DNA from: a virus
Direction: 5' to 3' (one strand)
DNA length: 64,000 nucleotides
Virus record (IMG/VR): IMGVR_UViG_3300031455_000001
Location: 64,001 to 128,000 of that record
Below, piece after piece: positions 10,296 to 18,736 of this stretch. The position numbers were made by a program, and so were the translations under genes. The notes under the pieces were generated by a model that was given only the letters and a program-made list of their open reading frames with translations, was not told the DNA's origin and made no database searches. How positions within the stretch are numbered: the first letter of the stretch is position 1; every line of letters begins with the position of its first letter.

Positions 10296-10512
10296 ATTGC
10301 TCATCTTTTCTTCTATTCCAACTTGCTAAATGATAATTTACATAATGATCAAAAGATGGTATTGGGATAGCATTGCTTTCTCTGAGACATTCAACATATA
10401 ATAAATACCTGTGTCCGAAGTGGTTTAAAAGTTCGTCTGTAAGAATTATTTGAGTCATTGCCATCATCTCCTTTGTTGTGTTAAGTATATCATTATTTTT
10501 TGCATTAGTCAA
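10288..10512 (-). CDS. Hypothetical protein
   Basis: ORF in co-oriented run. Confidence 0.6.
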   Translation of the reverse strand: MTNAKNNDILNTTKEMMAMTQIILTDELLNHFGHRYLLYVECLRESNAIPIPSFDHYVNYHLASWNRRKDEQYG

Positions 10513-10666
10513 GATCTTTTTTTGCTAAAAAACACTGAATATTTGTCCAAATCAATCCAATATGAAGGCATATTCTTGCTTCGAATTTTGATATTTTTTC
10601 CTTTATTGCAAAATCACTAACCCACTCATCATCAACTTTGATTTTATATGGATTCCATTTACTCAT
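10505..10666 (-). CDS. Small hypothetical protein (53 aa)
   Basis: Hand-translated MSKWNPYKIK...; GAGGTG RBS. Confidence 0.6.
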   Translation of the reverse strand: MSKWNPYKIKVDDEWVSDFAIKEKISKFEARICLHIGLIWTNIQCFLAKKDLD

Positions 10667-10718
10667 TAATCTTCACCTCACTTATTTAATATTATGGACA
10701 TTGTAGAAAAGTAACATT

Positions 10719-10997
10719 TTATCCAATTAGTTTTTGTACTACTTCTTGATGTGTAACTATCGTCAGTTCTACAATCGCCACAGGCTCATCACAACATAAT
10801 ATATAATTCCAACTACCATTACCTGTTACCATACTTCTAGCTTCGTGTTCTGCTTTTGATTTTGATTCAAATAGATGTGCCTGTGTAGGAGTTGGCGTAG
10901 AGTAAACATCCACATCATTACTTCCAACTTGCTCCATATATAAATATTGTTCATTTTCATCTATCAGTGCAAATCCTTTAATTTCCATTAATACCAC
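10719..10997 (-). CDS. Hypothetical protein
   Basis: RBS; bounded by TAAAA-N6-TTTTA-type elements. Confidence 0.7.
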   Translation of the reverse strand: MVLMEIKGFALIDENEQYLYMEQVGSNDVDVYSTPTPTQAHLFESKSKAEHEARSMVTGNGSWNYILCCDEPVAIVELTIVTHQEVVQKLIG

Positions 10998-11018
10998 TCC
11001 TTTTATAAAACGAGACTT

Positions 11019-11201
11019 TTATAAAGTTAATTCAAGCTTTCGTTTTTCAATCCAAAATTCGTTTCCATCATGAATATCATAAACCCTAACCATTTCTCCA
11101 TCTGTTTCAGATATTTTGACTTCATCAATGTGATAATATAAAGAGTTTTCACGCTCAAATTCTTTTCTAATTCTAAATGTTGGCTTCATAAATATCACCA
11201 C
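11019..11201 (-). CDS. Hypothetical protein
   Basis: RBS; bounded by TAAAA-N6-TTTTA elements. Confidence 0.65.
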   Translation of the reverse strand: MVIFMKPTFRIRKEFERENSLYYHIDEVKISETDGEMVRVYDIHDGNEFWIEKRKLELTL

Positions 11202-11235
11202 CTGTTTAAAACAAGATTTTTATCCAATAGGCACT

Positions 11236-11406
11236 TTATTGTTCATATATATAAACATCATTATTACAACTGCAACCAATAGTTATTCCATCACTCTGTA
11301 CATGGCTGAATGTAAATCCACTATCTTTATAATCTCTATTTGTAGTGTCATCTCTTACTGTAACTTCTCTCCCACAATCATTACAGATTATTTTGAACCC
11401 TTCCAT
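11236..11406 (-). CDS. Small Zn-ribbon protein (56 aa)
   Basis: Hand-translated MEGFKIICNDCG...GCSC; GGGAG RBS. Confidence 0.6.
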   Translation of the reverse strand: MEGFKIICNDCGREVTVRDDTTNRDYKDSGFTFSHVQSDGITIGCSCNNDVYIYEQ

Positions 11407-11494
11407 ATTATCATCTCCCTGTATAAAATTAACTTTTTAACCAATTCTTCATCTATGGGTTTATTGTATAACAGTTTAGTCGAGCTATTTTATT

Positions 11495-11611
11495 TTAATT
11501 AGTATTATTTCTTAGTTTCTGTATCTCTTTCACCATGTAATGATTAAAGCTACACTGACTTGTAAACGCAAGTATGACTCCAATAGTTAATCCAACCATA
11601 AATAAGACCAT
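11495..11611 (-). CDS. Small membrane peptide (38 aa)
   Basis: MVLFMVGLTIGVILAF...; AGGAG RBS. Confidence 0.5.
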   Translation of the reverse strand: MVLFMVGLTIGVILAFTSQCSFNHYMVKEIQKLRNNTN

Positions 11612-11626
11612 CCTATATCTCTCCTT

Positions 11627-11728
11627 TTATCTTGGTTTTCTCTTACCACATTCCTTGCACTTATAATCTGATGTCCTTGTCATACTCCAAACCCAATAAT
11701 GCCCTAATAAAATACACTTTAATTTCAT
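11627..11728 (-). CDS. Small Zn-binding phage peptide (DUF1660-like, 33 aa)
   Basis: MKLKCILLGHYW...CKECG; GGAGG RBS. Confidence 0.6.
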   Translation of the reverse strand: MKLKCILLGHYWVWSMTRTSDYKCKECGKRKPR

Positions 11729-11781
11729 GTATTTACTCCCTCCTATTTAGTTCAACTGCACTATATGTTCGAACCGTTTAG

Positions 11782-12066
11782 CTACTCGTATCCAATAATT
11801 TCGGTTCTTGTTCTTGTTTTCGGTTTAAGTTCCTTTGCTGTATAACCTTCACCATCGCAAACTTCGCATTTGACTTCTTTGTGCTTTATGTCTTGAACCC
11901 ATTCGCTATGTAGCAATCCTTGTGGGTATGTGTTATAACTAACAAACATTGCGCCTAAGCCTTTGCATTTCGGGCAAGCGAAAGGTTTGTTTTTCAAATC
12001 AATGATTTCACTTATTTTTAAATCTCCGTATCGATCCATTAACTGTTTTAAATCATGAATTTTCAT
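11782..12066 (-). CDS. Zn-finger protein (CxxCxGxG x2)
   Basis: CPKCKGLG...CEVCDGEG. Confidence 0.7.
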   Translation of the reverse strand: MKIHDLKQLMDRYGDLKISEIIDLKNKPFACPKCKGLGAMFVSYNTYPQGLLHSEWVQDIKHKEVKCEVCDGEGYTAKELKPKTRTRTEIIGYE

Positions 12067-12117
12067 TTTATCCCTCCTGTTTTATTCTACTGTCCGACAG
12101 TTTATTCGAACGGTTTG

Positions 12118-12372
12118 TTAAATTCGTTTATTCCATGATGTAATTAATTCTTCTTCACTGTCAAAAAGAAAAGTCCCAACTATCCCACCATCCTCATAAT
12201 GGTTTGCAATAGGGCAATCTTTATTCTCTTTATTGTCGTGTACAATAGAATAAGACAAGCCACTCCAAGGGTTTAACTTATAATCTTCGTCCCTTAAATT
12301 TCCTTCATCGTCACTAACTTGAATTTTTGCTTTACCGCCACAAAAAGGACATGGTTTTAAATTTTCCATCAT
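12118..12372 (-). CDS. Lar-family restriction-alleviation-like protein
   Basis: LKPCPFCGGKA N-terminus, WNKR C-terminus. Confidence 0.7.
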   Translation of the reverse strand: MMENLKPCPFCGGKAKIQVSDDEGNLRDEDYKLNPWSGLSYSIVHDNKENKDCPIANHYEDGGIVGTFLFDSEEELITSWNKRI

Positions 12373-12385
12373 ATTTCACTCTCTT

Positions 12386-12685
12386 TCATTGTTTATTCGA
12401 ACAGTGAATGAAATCACTTACCTCTTTTATCTCTTTCACACAATGATTTACATCATACTCGATTCCTTCAAAAGTATTTGTTCGTTCAAATTCTGATTCG
12501 ATAATTGCTAAGAAGTAATAGTCCTCACTCTTGCCAGTTTTAATGTTATCAATTAAGGTGTGATCTAAATCGCAAAATATTTCTGTGCCTTTATGATCAT
12601 TGTCAACTTGAGTGAGGATTTCAATATCTTTTTCACCTTTTTCATCAAGATATATATGCCCTGATACTATTGCTTTGAACTCCAT
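12386..12685 (-). CDS. Acidic hypothetical protein
   Basis: Cassette ORF with GGAGG RBS. Confidence 0.75.
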   Translation of the reverse strand: MEFKAIVSGHIYLDEKGEKDIEILTQVDNDHKGTEIFCDLDHTLIDNIKTGKSEDYYFLAIIESEFERTNTFEGIEYDVNHCVKEIKEVSDFIHCSNKQ

Positions 12686-12734
12686 TTATATCTCCTCCTA
12701 TTTGGTTCAACTGTCAGGCTATTTATTCGGACGG

Positions 12735-12959
12735 TTAATCTATTTCAATATCTTTCGTTGCCTCTTTCACCTTATCTTCAAGAGAATGAAGTTCTTCATA
12801 TAGATCATCTAATGTATTTTCTATTGCTTTTTCAAACTTTCTCCAGGTCACACCATATACAGGTTTACTATTCACTTTTAAATCCAAAAACCAATTATTA
12901 ATTTTCTCTGTTTCGCTTTTTAGTCTTTGAACTTTCTCTATTGCCTTGTAAAGTTCCAT
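12735..12959 (-). CDS. Coiled-coil hypothetical protein
   Basis: Cassette ORF. Confidence 0.75.
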   Translation of the reverse strand: MELYKAIEKVQRLKSETEKINNWFLDLKVNSKPVYGVTWRKFEKAIENTLDDLYEELHSLEDKVKEATKDIEID

Positions 12960-13010
12960 TTCTTATCTCCTTTCTACCGTTTGGTTCAACTGTCGGACTA
13001 TTAGTTCTAA

Positions 13011-13262
13011 CTAATCTTCAAACTTGCTGTAAGTCTTTTCAAAAATATCTGGTTTACAAGGGTAAAACTCACCGTTTACACCTTTGATAATATAGTCGCC
13101 AATATTAGCTGTCATAAGTCCCTTTAAAGTTTGTATGACAATAAAACCTTGTGATGGGTATGTTTCATACAAATCTTCAATAAATTCTTCTAAATCAACC
13201 CAATTGCTTCCTGTAAATTCAATGGCTTCGATTACTACAGCTTTCTTTTTAAATTTAGGCAT
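13011..13262 (-). CDS. Small conserved phage protein (KKxVVIEA...GDYIIKG..GEFYPCKPDIF family), candidate anti-defence protein
   Basis: Recognisable family signature. Confidence 0.75.
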   Translation of the reverse strand: MPKFKKKAVVIEAIEFTGSNWVDLEEFIEDLYETYPSQGFIVIQTLKGLMTANIGDYIIKGVNGEFYPCKPDIFEKTYSKFED

Positions 13263-13311
13263 CGTAATTCCCTCCTTTTTGGTTCAAGTGTGCGATAGTT
13301 TATTCGAACGG

Positions 13312-13539
13312 CTAATCTTCATATATATCAAATTCATCTGCGTGATCTTCTAAAAAATCATTCAAATGATCCTCTAAACGCTCTGAAAATCTAATTAGAA
13401 AATCATCATTGTTTGTTACAGATAATACGATCTCCTCGATTTTTTCTTGTGGGACTTCAAAAGCTAAATTCCCTTGATTATTTTGCAATCCATCCTTAAC
13501 AATAGTTTCCATAGCTTCTCTTAAATTCATTTTTAACAC
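13312..13539 (-). CDS. Acidic hypothetical protein
   Basis: Cassette ORF, D/E-rich C-terminus. Confidence 0.7.
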   Translation of the reverse strand: MLKMNLREAMETIVKDGLQNNQGNLAFEVPQEKIEEIVLSVTNNDDFLIRFSERLEDHLNDFLEDHADEFDIYED

Positions 13540-13560
13540 TCCTTATTTTTATTGTTTGGT

Positions 13561-13662
13561 TCAATTGCAAAGTTGTGTATTATTTTTCAATAGGGTTTGC
13601 ACTATAGCTTTTTCTTTGCTACTGGTTGAAAGTTTACCTTCTACAAGAAAAACAATATCCAT
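13561..13662 (-). CDS. 33-aa ORF, possibly 3'-truncated at a junction element
   Basis: GGAGG RBS; TGA stop lies inside the TTGAACCAAAC half-site. Confidence 0.45.
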   Translation of the reverse strand: MDIVFLVEGKLSTSSKEKAIVQTLLKNNTQLCN

Positions 13663-13793
13663 TCAGAACCTCCTCTCTAATATTTATTTTCCACTCGAAC
13701 GGTGTTTCAATAATCAACTGTATTTATTGATACTTTTATAAATATTATTATATCATTATTTATTGTCTTTGTATATAATTATTTTACTTTATA

Positions 13794-13819
13794 TTAGCAA
13801 TAATTCGGGTGTTCTGTTA
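13794..13819 (+). repeat. 26-bp TTAGCAATAA-N8-TTCTGTTA element
   Basis: Identical to the 5476 copy. Confidence 0.85.
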
Positions 13820-13939
13820 TATGTTTTAATTTTGCTACACTCTATGATGCTAAGAAAGATTTGTGGCATATGTGTCCACTTCTATACCTTGTTCATTATT
13901 CTTTGTGTGAAATTGTTGAGCATCGAATCGCTCAACAAT

Positions 13940-14125
13940 TTATGAGTCTTGCTGTTTTTTGTGATTAACTTCTTTTAAGATTTCTTTAGTTGCATCGACA
14001 TAGCCTTTATTAAGTAATTCCTCACAAATAATTAAAACTGTTTTTAAATCCTTCATTTTAACCATCTCCTTTTCTCTGTTTTTTAAAGAATTTTTACCCA
14101 AATGATTTTCTTGCATCAGCTCCAT
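13940..14125 (-). CDS. Hypothetical protein (true start probably near 14065)
   Basis: AAGGAG RBS before MVKMKD. Confidence 0.55.
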   Translation of the reverse strand: MELMQENHLGKNSLKNREKEMVKMKDLKTVLIICEELLNKGYVDATKEILKEVNHKKQQDS

Positions 14126-14324
14126 TATCGTATATAGAACATCCCCAGAAACTCATATTTTCTTCATTAAAATGTCTTGCAAAATTTTGATCTTTCTTAG
14201 CAAGATTTCTACAAGCATCTTTTAAGTCTATTCCTACACAATGACCTAAAAGGACAGCACCGCTACTTTGACCTGTGGCTCTATAACCTTCGCACCAGAT
14301 ATCATAATCTTTCATGTGAGCCAC
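14094..14324 (-). CDS. Hypothetical phage protein
   Basis: ORF in co-oriented run. Confidence 0.7.
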   Translation of the reverse strand: MAHMKDYDIWCEGYRATGQSSGAVLLGHCVGIDLKDACRNLAKKDQNFARHFNEENMSFWGCSIYDNGADARKSFG

Positions 14325-14534
14325 CTACATTTCTTCATGATTACTTTCAATTTCCACATAGTTTTCGTATTCAATCACTCTGATAGCCTCACCATATGTT
14401 TTTGTCATGCCGCCAATTTCAACTACTTTGTTTTTCGGTAATTTTTTCAACTCTGCAATTAATTCCTCTACAGTCATTTTATTTTCCCCCTTTGATTCTA
14501 ATTCGTGTTGTGCTTTTCTACTCATCTTCACCAA
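14325..14534 (-). CDS. Hypothetical phage protein
   Basis: MTVEELIAELKKLP common phage N-terminus. Confidence 0.65.
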   Translation of the reverse strand: MVKMSRKAQHELESKGENKMTVEELIAELKKLPKNKVVEIGGMTKTYGEAIRVIEYENYVEIESNHEEM

Positions 14535-14639
14535 TTACACTCAACAGAAAATCACTTAAACATTGCTCTTTTTATGCAAGATTTCAGAAATCCTACCTAC
14601 CGAAACGACACCTCCTTTTACTCTCCCCATCTACTCGAA

Positions 14640-14846
14640 CTACGCATTGAGTCTTTTTCCATTAGGTTCTCCAAGAAGCCTATTTGCTTTGCAATATAAA
14701 AAGTATTGGTCATTGTGTGAAATACGCATATTTTCATTGGTACTTCTGGATTCAAGATATACGCTATAATAAGTTTTGACAAAACCTTCAAGTTCTGAAA
14801 TCCTATCTTCCAATTCTTCAGACATAAAAATCCTCCTTTCGCACAT
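14640..14846 (-). CDS. Hypothetical protein
   Basis: Cassette ORF; stop inside half-site. Confidence 0.65.
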   Translation of the reverse strand: MCERRIFMSEELEDRISELEGFVKTYYSVYLESRSTNENMRISHNDQYFLYCKANRLLGEPNGKRLNA

Positions 14847-14899
14847 TAGGTTTTCAGTTCAGTATTTGGTTCCACTGACCGACCGTTTGATCGAACGGC

Positions 14900-15028
14900 T
14901 CACTTCATACATTTTTCACAATGTTTAAATGGATAGCCTTTCGATAATTCCACAACTCCGCATTTAGGGCAATGATCTTTGTTTAGCCAATCATACATTT
15001 CTTTTTCTTCATCTGATTGTTTAGTCAA
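14900..15028 (-). CDS. Small Zn-finger protein (42 aa)
   Basis: TTG start after GGAGG; CPKC...CEKC. Confidence 0.6.
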   Translation of the reverse strand: MTKQSDEEKEMYDWLNKDHCPKCGVVELSKGYPFKHCEKCMK

Positions 15029-15052
15029 TTCCATCCCTCCTATTTGTTCGTA

Positions 15053-15226
15053 CTACGCTGTATGATACTTATACTCTTTGATTCTTTCGTGGCTAATTTG
15101 GTGATAGTAGCTAACTTTTATCATTCCTTTACATTGATTACATTTGTATATTTCAGCTATATAACCAACTTGAAGCATATCATCAACGCATTTTGTATCG
15201 TTATTTTTGCATTTAATACAAAACAT
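15053..15226 (-). CDS. Small Zn-finger protein (57 aa)
   Basis: MFCIKC...CNQC; stop TAG inside half-site. Confidence 0.6.
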   Translation of the reverse strand: MFCIKCKNNDTKCVDDMLQVGYIAEIYKCNQCKGMIKVSYYHQISHERIKEYKYHTA

Positions 15227-15301
15227 CTATTTCCCCTCCTAGTTTGTTTCAACAGTCCTGCTGTTTATTCGTACTATGTGACATGTAATTTTGGTTATGC
15301 C

Positions 15302-15520
15302 CTACTTTATTTCCTTTAATATTGGACGAACACCTATCGCAATACTCACGCCATTCATAGCATAAAAGATGGTTTTAGCCGAATAATATTCGTGGTTTTT
15401 TCCTATTTTTGCAGCTTTATTTAGTTCTTCCAATATATCTTTATATTCTCGTTTAAGTGCTTCTACATCACTTTCACTTAAATTGCAATAGTCCTTAATT
15501 TCAAATTCTAGCTCGTACAT
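15302..15520 (-). CDS. Hypothetical protein
   Basis: GAGGAG RBS. Confidence 0.7.
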   Translation of the reverse strand: MYELEFEIKDYCNLSESDVEALKREYKDILEELNKAAKIGKNHEYYSAKTIFYAMNGVSIAIGVRPILKEIK

Positions 15521-15560
15521 ATTGATAATCTCCTCTTTTGTAATTGTACCGCACCATTTA

Positions 15561-15926
15561 TTAATAGGATGAAATTTTTGTTCCCGTGTTCAAGAAGATC
15601 CCCTTAACCTTTTTCCCTTGCATTAGCTCAAATTCAGCCACTTCATATCCCATTTCTAATGCCTTTAGAACCATTTCATCATAAATGTAAGCGTGAGCAC
15701 GTTCTTTTCCATGTCCGCAACAACTGAGTCCCATTGTCGCTAATCCACTTGCTAAGAGTGAGGACAACTCTTTTGCAATACAATCATCTACACAAAAGCT
15801 CTCTTTCTCGTAAAGATGCTGGATAGAAGGATGAAAATTCTCTCTTTTCATGATTACTCCACCACTATATCTTGTTCCTAAACACATATTACCCCTCCTA
15901 TATCGTGCGGTTAGATCACGACGCAA
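15561..15926 (-). CDS. SCCGHG-motif phage protein (start probably near 15850)
   Basis: VDDCIA...T..SCCGHG signature. Confidence 0.6.
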   Translation of the reverse strand: MRRDLTARYRRGNMCLGTRYSGGVIMKRENFHPSIQHLYEKESFCVDDCIAKELSSLLASGLATMGLSCCGHGKERAHAYIYDEMVLKALEMGYEVAEFELMQGKKVKGIFLNTGTKISSY

Positions 15927-15941
15927 TTTATTCTAACGGAA

Positions 15942-16076
15942 TTAATAAACTTCACCAGTATCAGACTCTTGTTCAGCGCATGGCATACACCACATTTGAC
16001 CTTCCTCGTCCATGATAAAGTCGTAATTAAATTTGTCGGTTGGTAGTGTTTCTTTTTTGCAAAAAATACATTCCTT
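15942..16076 (-). pseudogene. 5'-truncated Zn-finger gene starting right at a junction element
   Basis: KECIFC...WCMPCAEQ...* frame lacks an ATG/GTG/TTG start and RBS upstream of the first CxxC. Confidence 0.6.
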
Positions 16077-16098
16077 AACCGACAGTTTACTCGAACGG

Positions 16099-16308
16099 TT
16101 AATTTTCTATAGCAGCCCAACCCGAATCTAAATAGTTCCCTTCCCAATCTTCATACATTTCTTGAATAGCTTTTTCCAGTTCCTCTTCACTTTGGGAATT
16201 TAAATCCTCTTGTGTGAATCCTAGTTCTTCCAACGTTGAAATTTCTTCTTCTACCTCTCTACCTAATGCTACAGCGAACCTTATTTTAGTCTTTAATGTA
16301 TATTTCAT
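16099..16308 (-). CDS. Acidic hypothetical protein
   Basis: E/D-rich ORF. Confidence 0.7.
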   Translation of the reverse strand: MKYTLKTKIRFAVALGREVEEEISTLEELGFTQEDLNSQSEEELEKAIQEMYEDWEGNYLDSGWAAIEN

Positions 16309-16449
16309 TTACTGTGTCTCCTTCTCGATAATTGCTTTTATTTCTTTGTAACCTTGTTCAATACCCTCTCTTTGTTCATCCTCTAAATCACCAGTAATGT
16401 AATGGTCAAAAAGGTGGTTCAAAATATCAATAAGGTCTTTTTTCTCCAT
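16309..16449 (-). CDS. Small hypothetical protein (46 aa)
   Basis: Hand-translated MEKKDLIDIL...; RBS after half-site. Confidence 0.6.
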   Translation of the reverse strand: MEKKDLIDILNHLFDHYITGDLEDEQREGIEQGYKEIKAIIEKETQ

Positions 16450-16553
16450 CTCAATCCTCTCCTATTTGGTTCTATAGCTCGGTTCGTTAAATGGAGTATC
16501 CGATTTGTAATTCAACCCCAACAACCATCTTGCTTTCTATGCAGTTGAACAGA

Positions 16554-16757
16554 TCAACAATGCTTGGTTTTTATAATTTGCTTCCTCGATTGAATCTCTT
16601 CACTGTGAAATGGATTGTAGTCTTCTGAGTTATGGTATAGAACTGTTGTTTCTAGAGTCGTTCGGTAGTCACCTTCATAAATATTTACTTCAATTGCCAG
16701 TTCATTGTCGCGAATCATTTCAACGATAGTTTGTTTAATTAGCTTTTTATTTAACAT
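16554..16757 (-). CDS. Hypothetical protein
   Basis: AAGGTG RBS. Confidence 0.65.
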   Translation of the reverse strand: MLNKKLIKQTIVEMIRDNELAIEVNIYEGDYRTTLETTVLYHNSEDYNPFHSEEIQSRKQIIKTKHC

Positions 16758-16778
16758 AGACTATCACCTTTTCTTTTT

Positions 16779-16946
16779 TTATTTAGAAAGTATGAGATTC
16801 AACTTCTTCACCATACTCGTTTGGCATTCATCACAAACGTCACTGTATTTACTGTTTATAGTGTCTCTTTCACCACATATAGTACACTCATCAGTTATTT
16901 TAATATTGCTTTTAAGACTATCTTTAAAGTTAAATTCTTTCTTCAT
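16779..16946 (-). CDS. Small Zn-finger protein (55 aa)
   Basis: CTIC...CDEC. Confidence 0.55.
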   Translation of the reverse strand: MKKEFNFKDSLKSNIKITDECTICGERDTINSKYSDVCDECQTSMVKKLNLILSK

Positions 16947-16960
16947 CTTACTATCACCTT

Positions 16961-17362
16961 CTATCCGTAAACAAGTTCATTGAACAATGCGTATTGTACA
17001 ATACAGTCGGCAGTTGTCGCATCCCCGTTTTCAATATTTGAGTCATGAGGTCTTCTTTTATAGTTCATTGCATAGCCATCGATTAATTTATCTAATGTTA
17101 ATTCCCAAATCTCATCTTCGTCTTCTGAGTCAGAAAATTCAACCGATTTTCCTTCTAATAATAGTTTTGTCGCCCACAAAGATGCAGGCTCATCACTTGG
17201 CTTATCAATCCAATCTTCGCCTATATTTTCTAATCTAGCCCAATAACCAATTCCACCCTCTATTGCACTAATTATAATGTTTGATATATCGTTTGCGCTT
17301 AGTTCTTTTTCGACAACCGCAATTCCCACGATTTCGCTACCAAATTCCAACATATCAATCAC
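16961..17362 (-). CDS. Acidic conserved phage protein
   Basis: AIEGGIGYWA...DATTADCIVQYALFNELVYG. Confidence 0.75.
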   Translation of the reverse strand: MIDMLEFGSEIVGIAVVEKELSANDISNIIISAIEGGIGYWARLENIGEDWIDKPSDEPASLWATKLLLEGKSVEFSDSEDEDEIWELTLDKLIDGYAMNYKRRPHDSNIENGDATTADCIVQYALFNELVYG

Positions 17363-17369
17363 TCCTATT

Positions 17370-17395
17370 TTAGCAATATTTTAACGTTTCTGTTA
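17370..17395 (+). repeat. 26-bp TTAGCAATA-...-TTCTGTTA element (variant)
   Basis: Same length and arms as the 5476/13794 copies. Confidence 0.7.
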
Positions 17396-17405
17396 TATGA
17401 TTTAA

Positions 17406-17717
17406 TTATTTCAGTCTGTACTCCCAATCAGTAACTTCTCCGTCAACATACATGACTTTTAACACATAGGTTTTAGAGTATTCATCAAATCCTTGTGTAA
17501 AGAAGGCGGTTCCACTAATTTCATATAGATTATCCTTAACTTCAACAATTTCCGTCATTGACTTTGAAGATAATTCCATTTTCTCTTGATATCCTAAATC
17601 CATATTCTCAGTTAAAATTTGTACTGCATCATCAAACACCTTGTCATCACTTACAGAAGAACACGCTGTCAAAAGTACCACCATCATCATAACAGATAAG
17701 AATTTAATTGCCTTCAT
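17406..17717 (-). CDS. Lipoprotein
   Basis: LTAC lipobox; own sigma-A promoter at 17768-17796. Confidence 0.75.
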   Translation of the reverse strand: MKAIKFLSVMMMVVLLTACSSVSDDKVFDDAVQILTENMDLGYQEKMELSSKSMTEIVEVKDNLYEISGTAFFTQGFDEYSKTYVLKVMYVDGEVTDWEYRLK

Positions 17718-17845
17718 AAAACATCAACCTCTCTTTATTTAATTTTTTTATCCTTTTCTATAAGTTAATTATATCATAATTTTTATCTTTCGTCAAGCGA
17801 TAATTGATTAAAAAAATAATTATATTTTGTTTTTGTGGCGATTGT

Positions 17846-18211
17846 TTACTCGTCTTTCTCTTTTGTCAATGATTTTAATATTTCATACAAAGTATCTGGA
17901 TCTAATTTCCATGCACCCTTTCCTTCTCTTTCCTGTGCATATTCAAAAACCTTGATCCATTCTTTACTTATGCTTGATGATTTTAGAAATTCCTTATTGA
18001 TTCTTTTTAATACAGCTTTTTCAATGCTTTCTAAATTTAATGATTGCTCTATCGATTTTTCCACTTTCATTAAAACATTATTGACTGCTGATTCAATGTT
18101 TTCTGGATTGTGTTTTTCTAACAGTGTTATAATTTTCTCATTCTGCTTTTTGATGAGACTCATTTCTTTTTCAAGATCATCAATTCGCCTAGCCAACGGT
18201 TTTTCTACCAC
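17846..18211 (-). CDS. Coiled-coil hypothetical protein
   Basis: ORF with RBS. Confidence 0.7.
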   Translation of the reverse strand: MVEKPLARRIDDLEKEMSLIKKQNEKIITLLEKHNPENIESAVNNVLMKVEKSIEQSLNLESIEKAVLKRINKEFLKSSSISKEWIKVFEYAQEREGKGAWKLDPDTLYEILKSLTKEKDE

Positions 18212-18223
18212 GATGCAACCACC

Positions 18224-18478
18224 TTATTCGATAGTATCAAGTTGAGCTGGTGTGACGGTCAACGTATAGGGAAGACCACCTGTCTTTGATAATCCAAAAT
18301 AACCCATCCTTGAAACCACCACTACTGTGAAATCTACACCTTGAAACTTGACCTTATCACCTTTTAGAATCCCATTATAACCAATTATATGAGGAAATTC
18401 ACATTGCTCCAACGCAATAGTCGATATCCCATCTTCATTTTCATTGGCTTCATACCATTTATAAGGTTTTAGTTTCAT
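18224..18478 (-). CDS. Hypothetical protein
   Basis: ORF in co-oriented run. Confidence 0.7.
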   Translation of the reverse strand: MKLKPYKWYEANENEDGISTIALEQCEFPHIIGYNGILKGDKVKFQGVDFTVVVVSRMGYFGLSKTGGLPYTLTVTPAQLDTIE

Positions 18479-18710
18479 CTACACCGTCTCCCTCCAGTTC
18501 GCTAATGTGATAAGTAGTAACTTTTCCATTCTTGCCTTTGACTCTTTTCTTCTGCCTCTTAACAGGTGTATAGGTTTGAGCCATTTTTAATCTATTTCTT
18601 AGCTCCCAATATTCTTCTCGTTCTTTTTCAAATTCAGCTTTAGTTTGATTAGCTTTGCGTTTGAGTCCCATTCTTATCCCTCCAATAAAATTATCAGCCA
18701 ATTTTATCAT
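18459..18710 (-). CDS. Basic hypothetical protein
   Basis: GGAGG RBS before MGLKRK. Confidence 0.65.
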   Translation of the reverse strand: MIKLADNFIGGIRMGLKRKANQTKAEFEKEREEYWELRNRLKMAQTYTPVKRQKKRVKGKNGKVTTYHISELEGDGVDETKTL

Positions 18711-18736
18711 ATGTAAAAATGTTTTACATCTTTAAA

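Larger units (their letters stand above)
11471..16556 (-). repeat. Array of about 16 conserved inter-gene junction elements (gene-cassette array)
   Basis: Consensus CCGTTCGAATAAAC-N7-CAGTTGAACCAAAT between the stop of one ORF and the RBS of the next; 7 full doublets plus half sites. Confidence 0.85.

Noticed and set aside
15911-16147. 78-aa ORF from the track
   Set aside because: Crosses a junction element and another gene; a different frame gives a coherent Zn-finger remnant
11471-16556. CRISPR array interpretation of the repeats
   Set aside because: The intervening sequences are whole ORFs of variable length with RBSs, repeats are degenerate, and no cas genes are present
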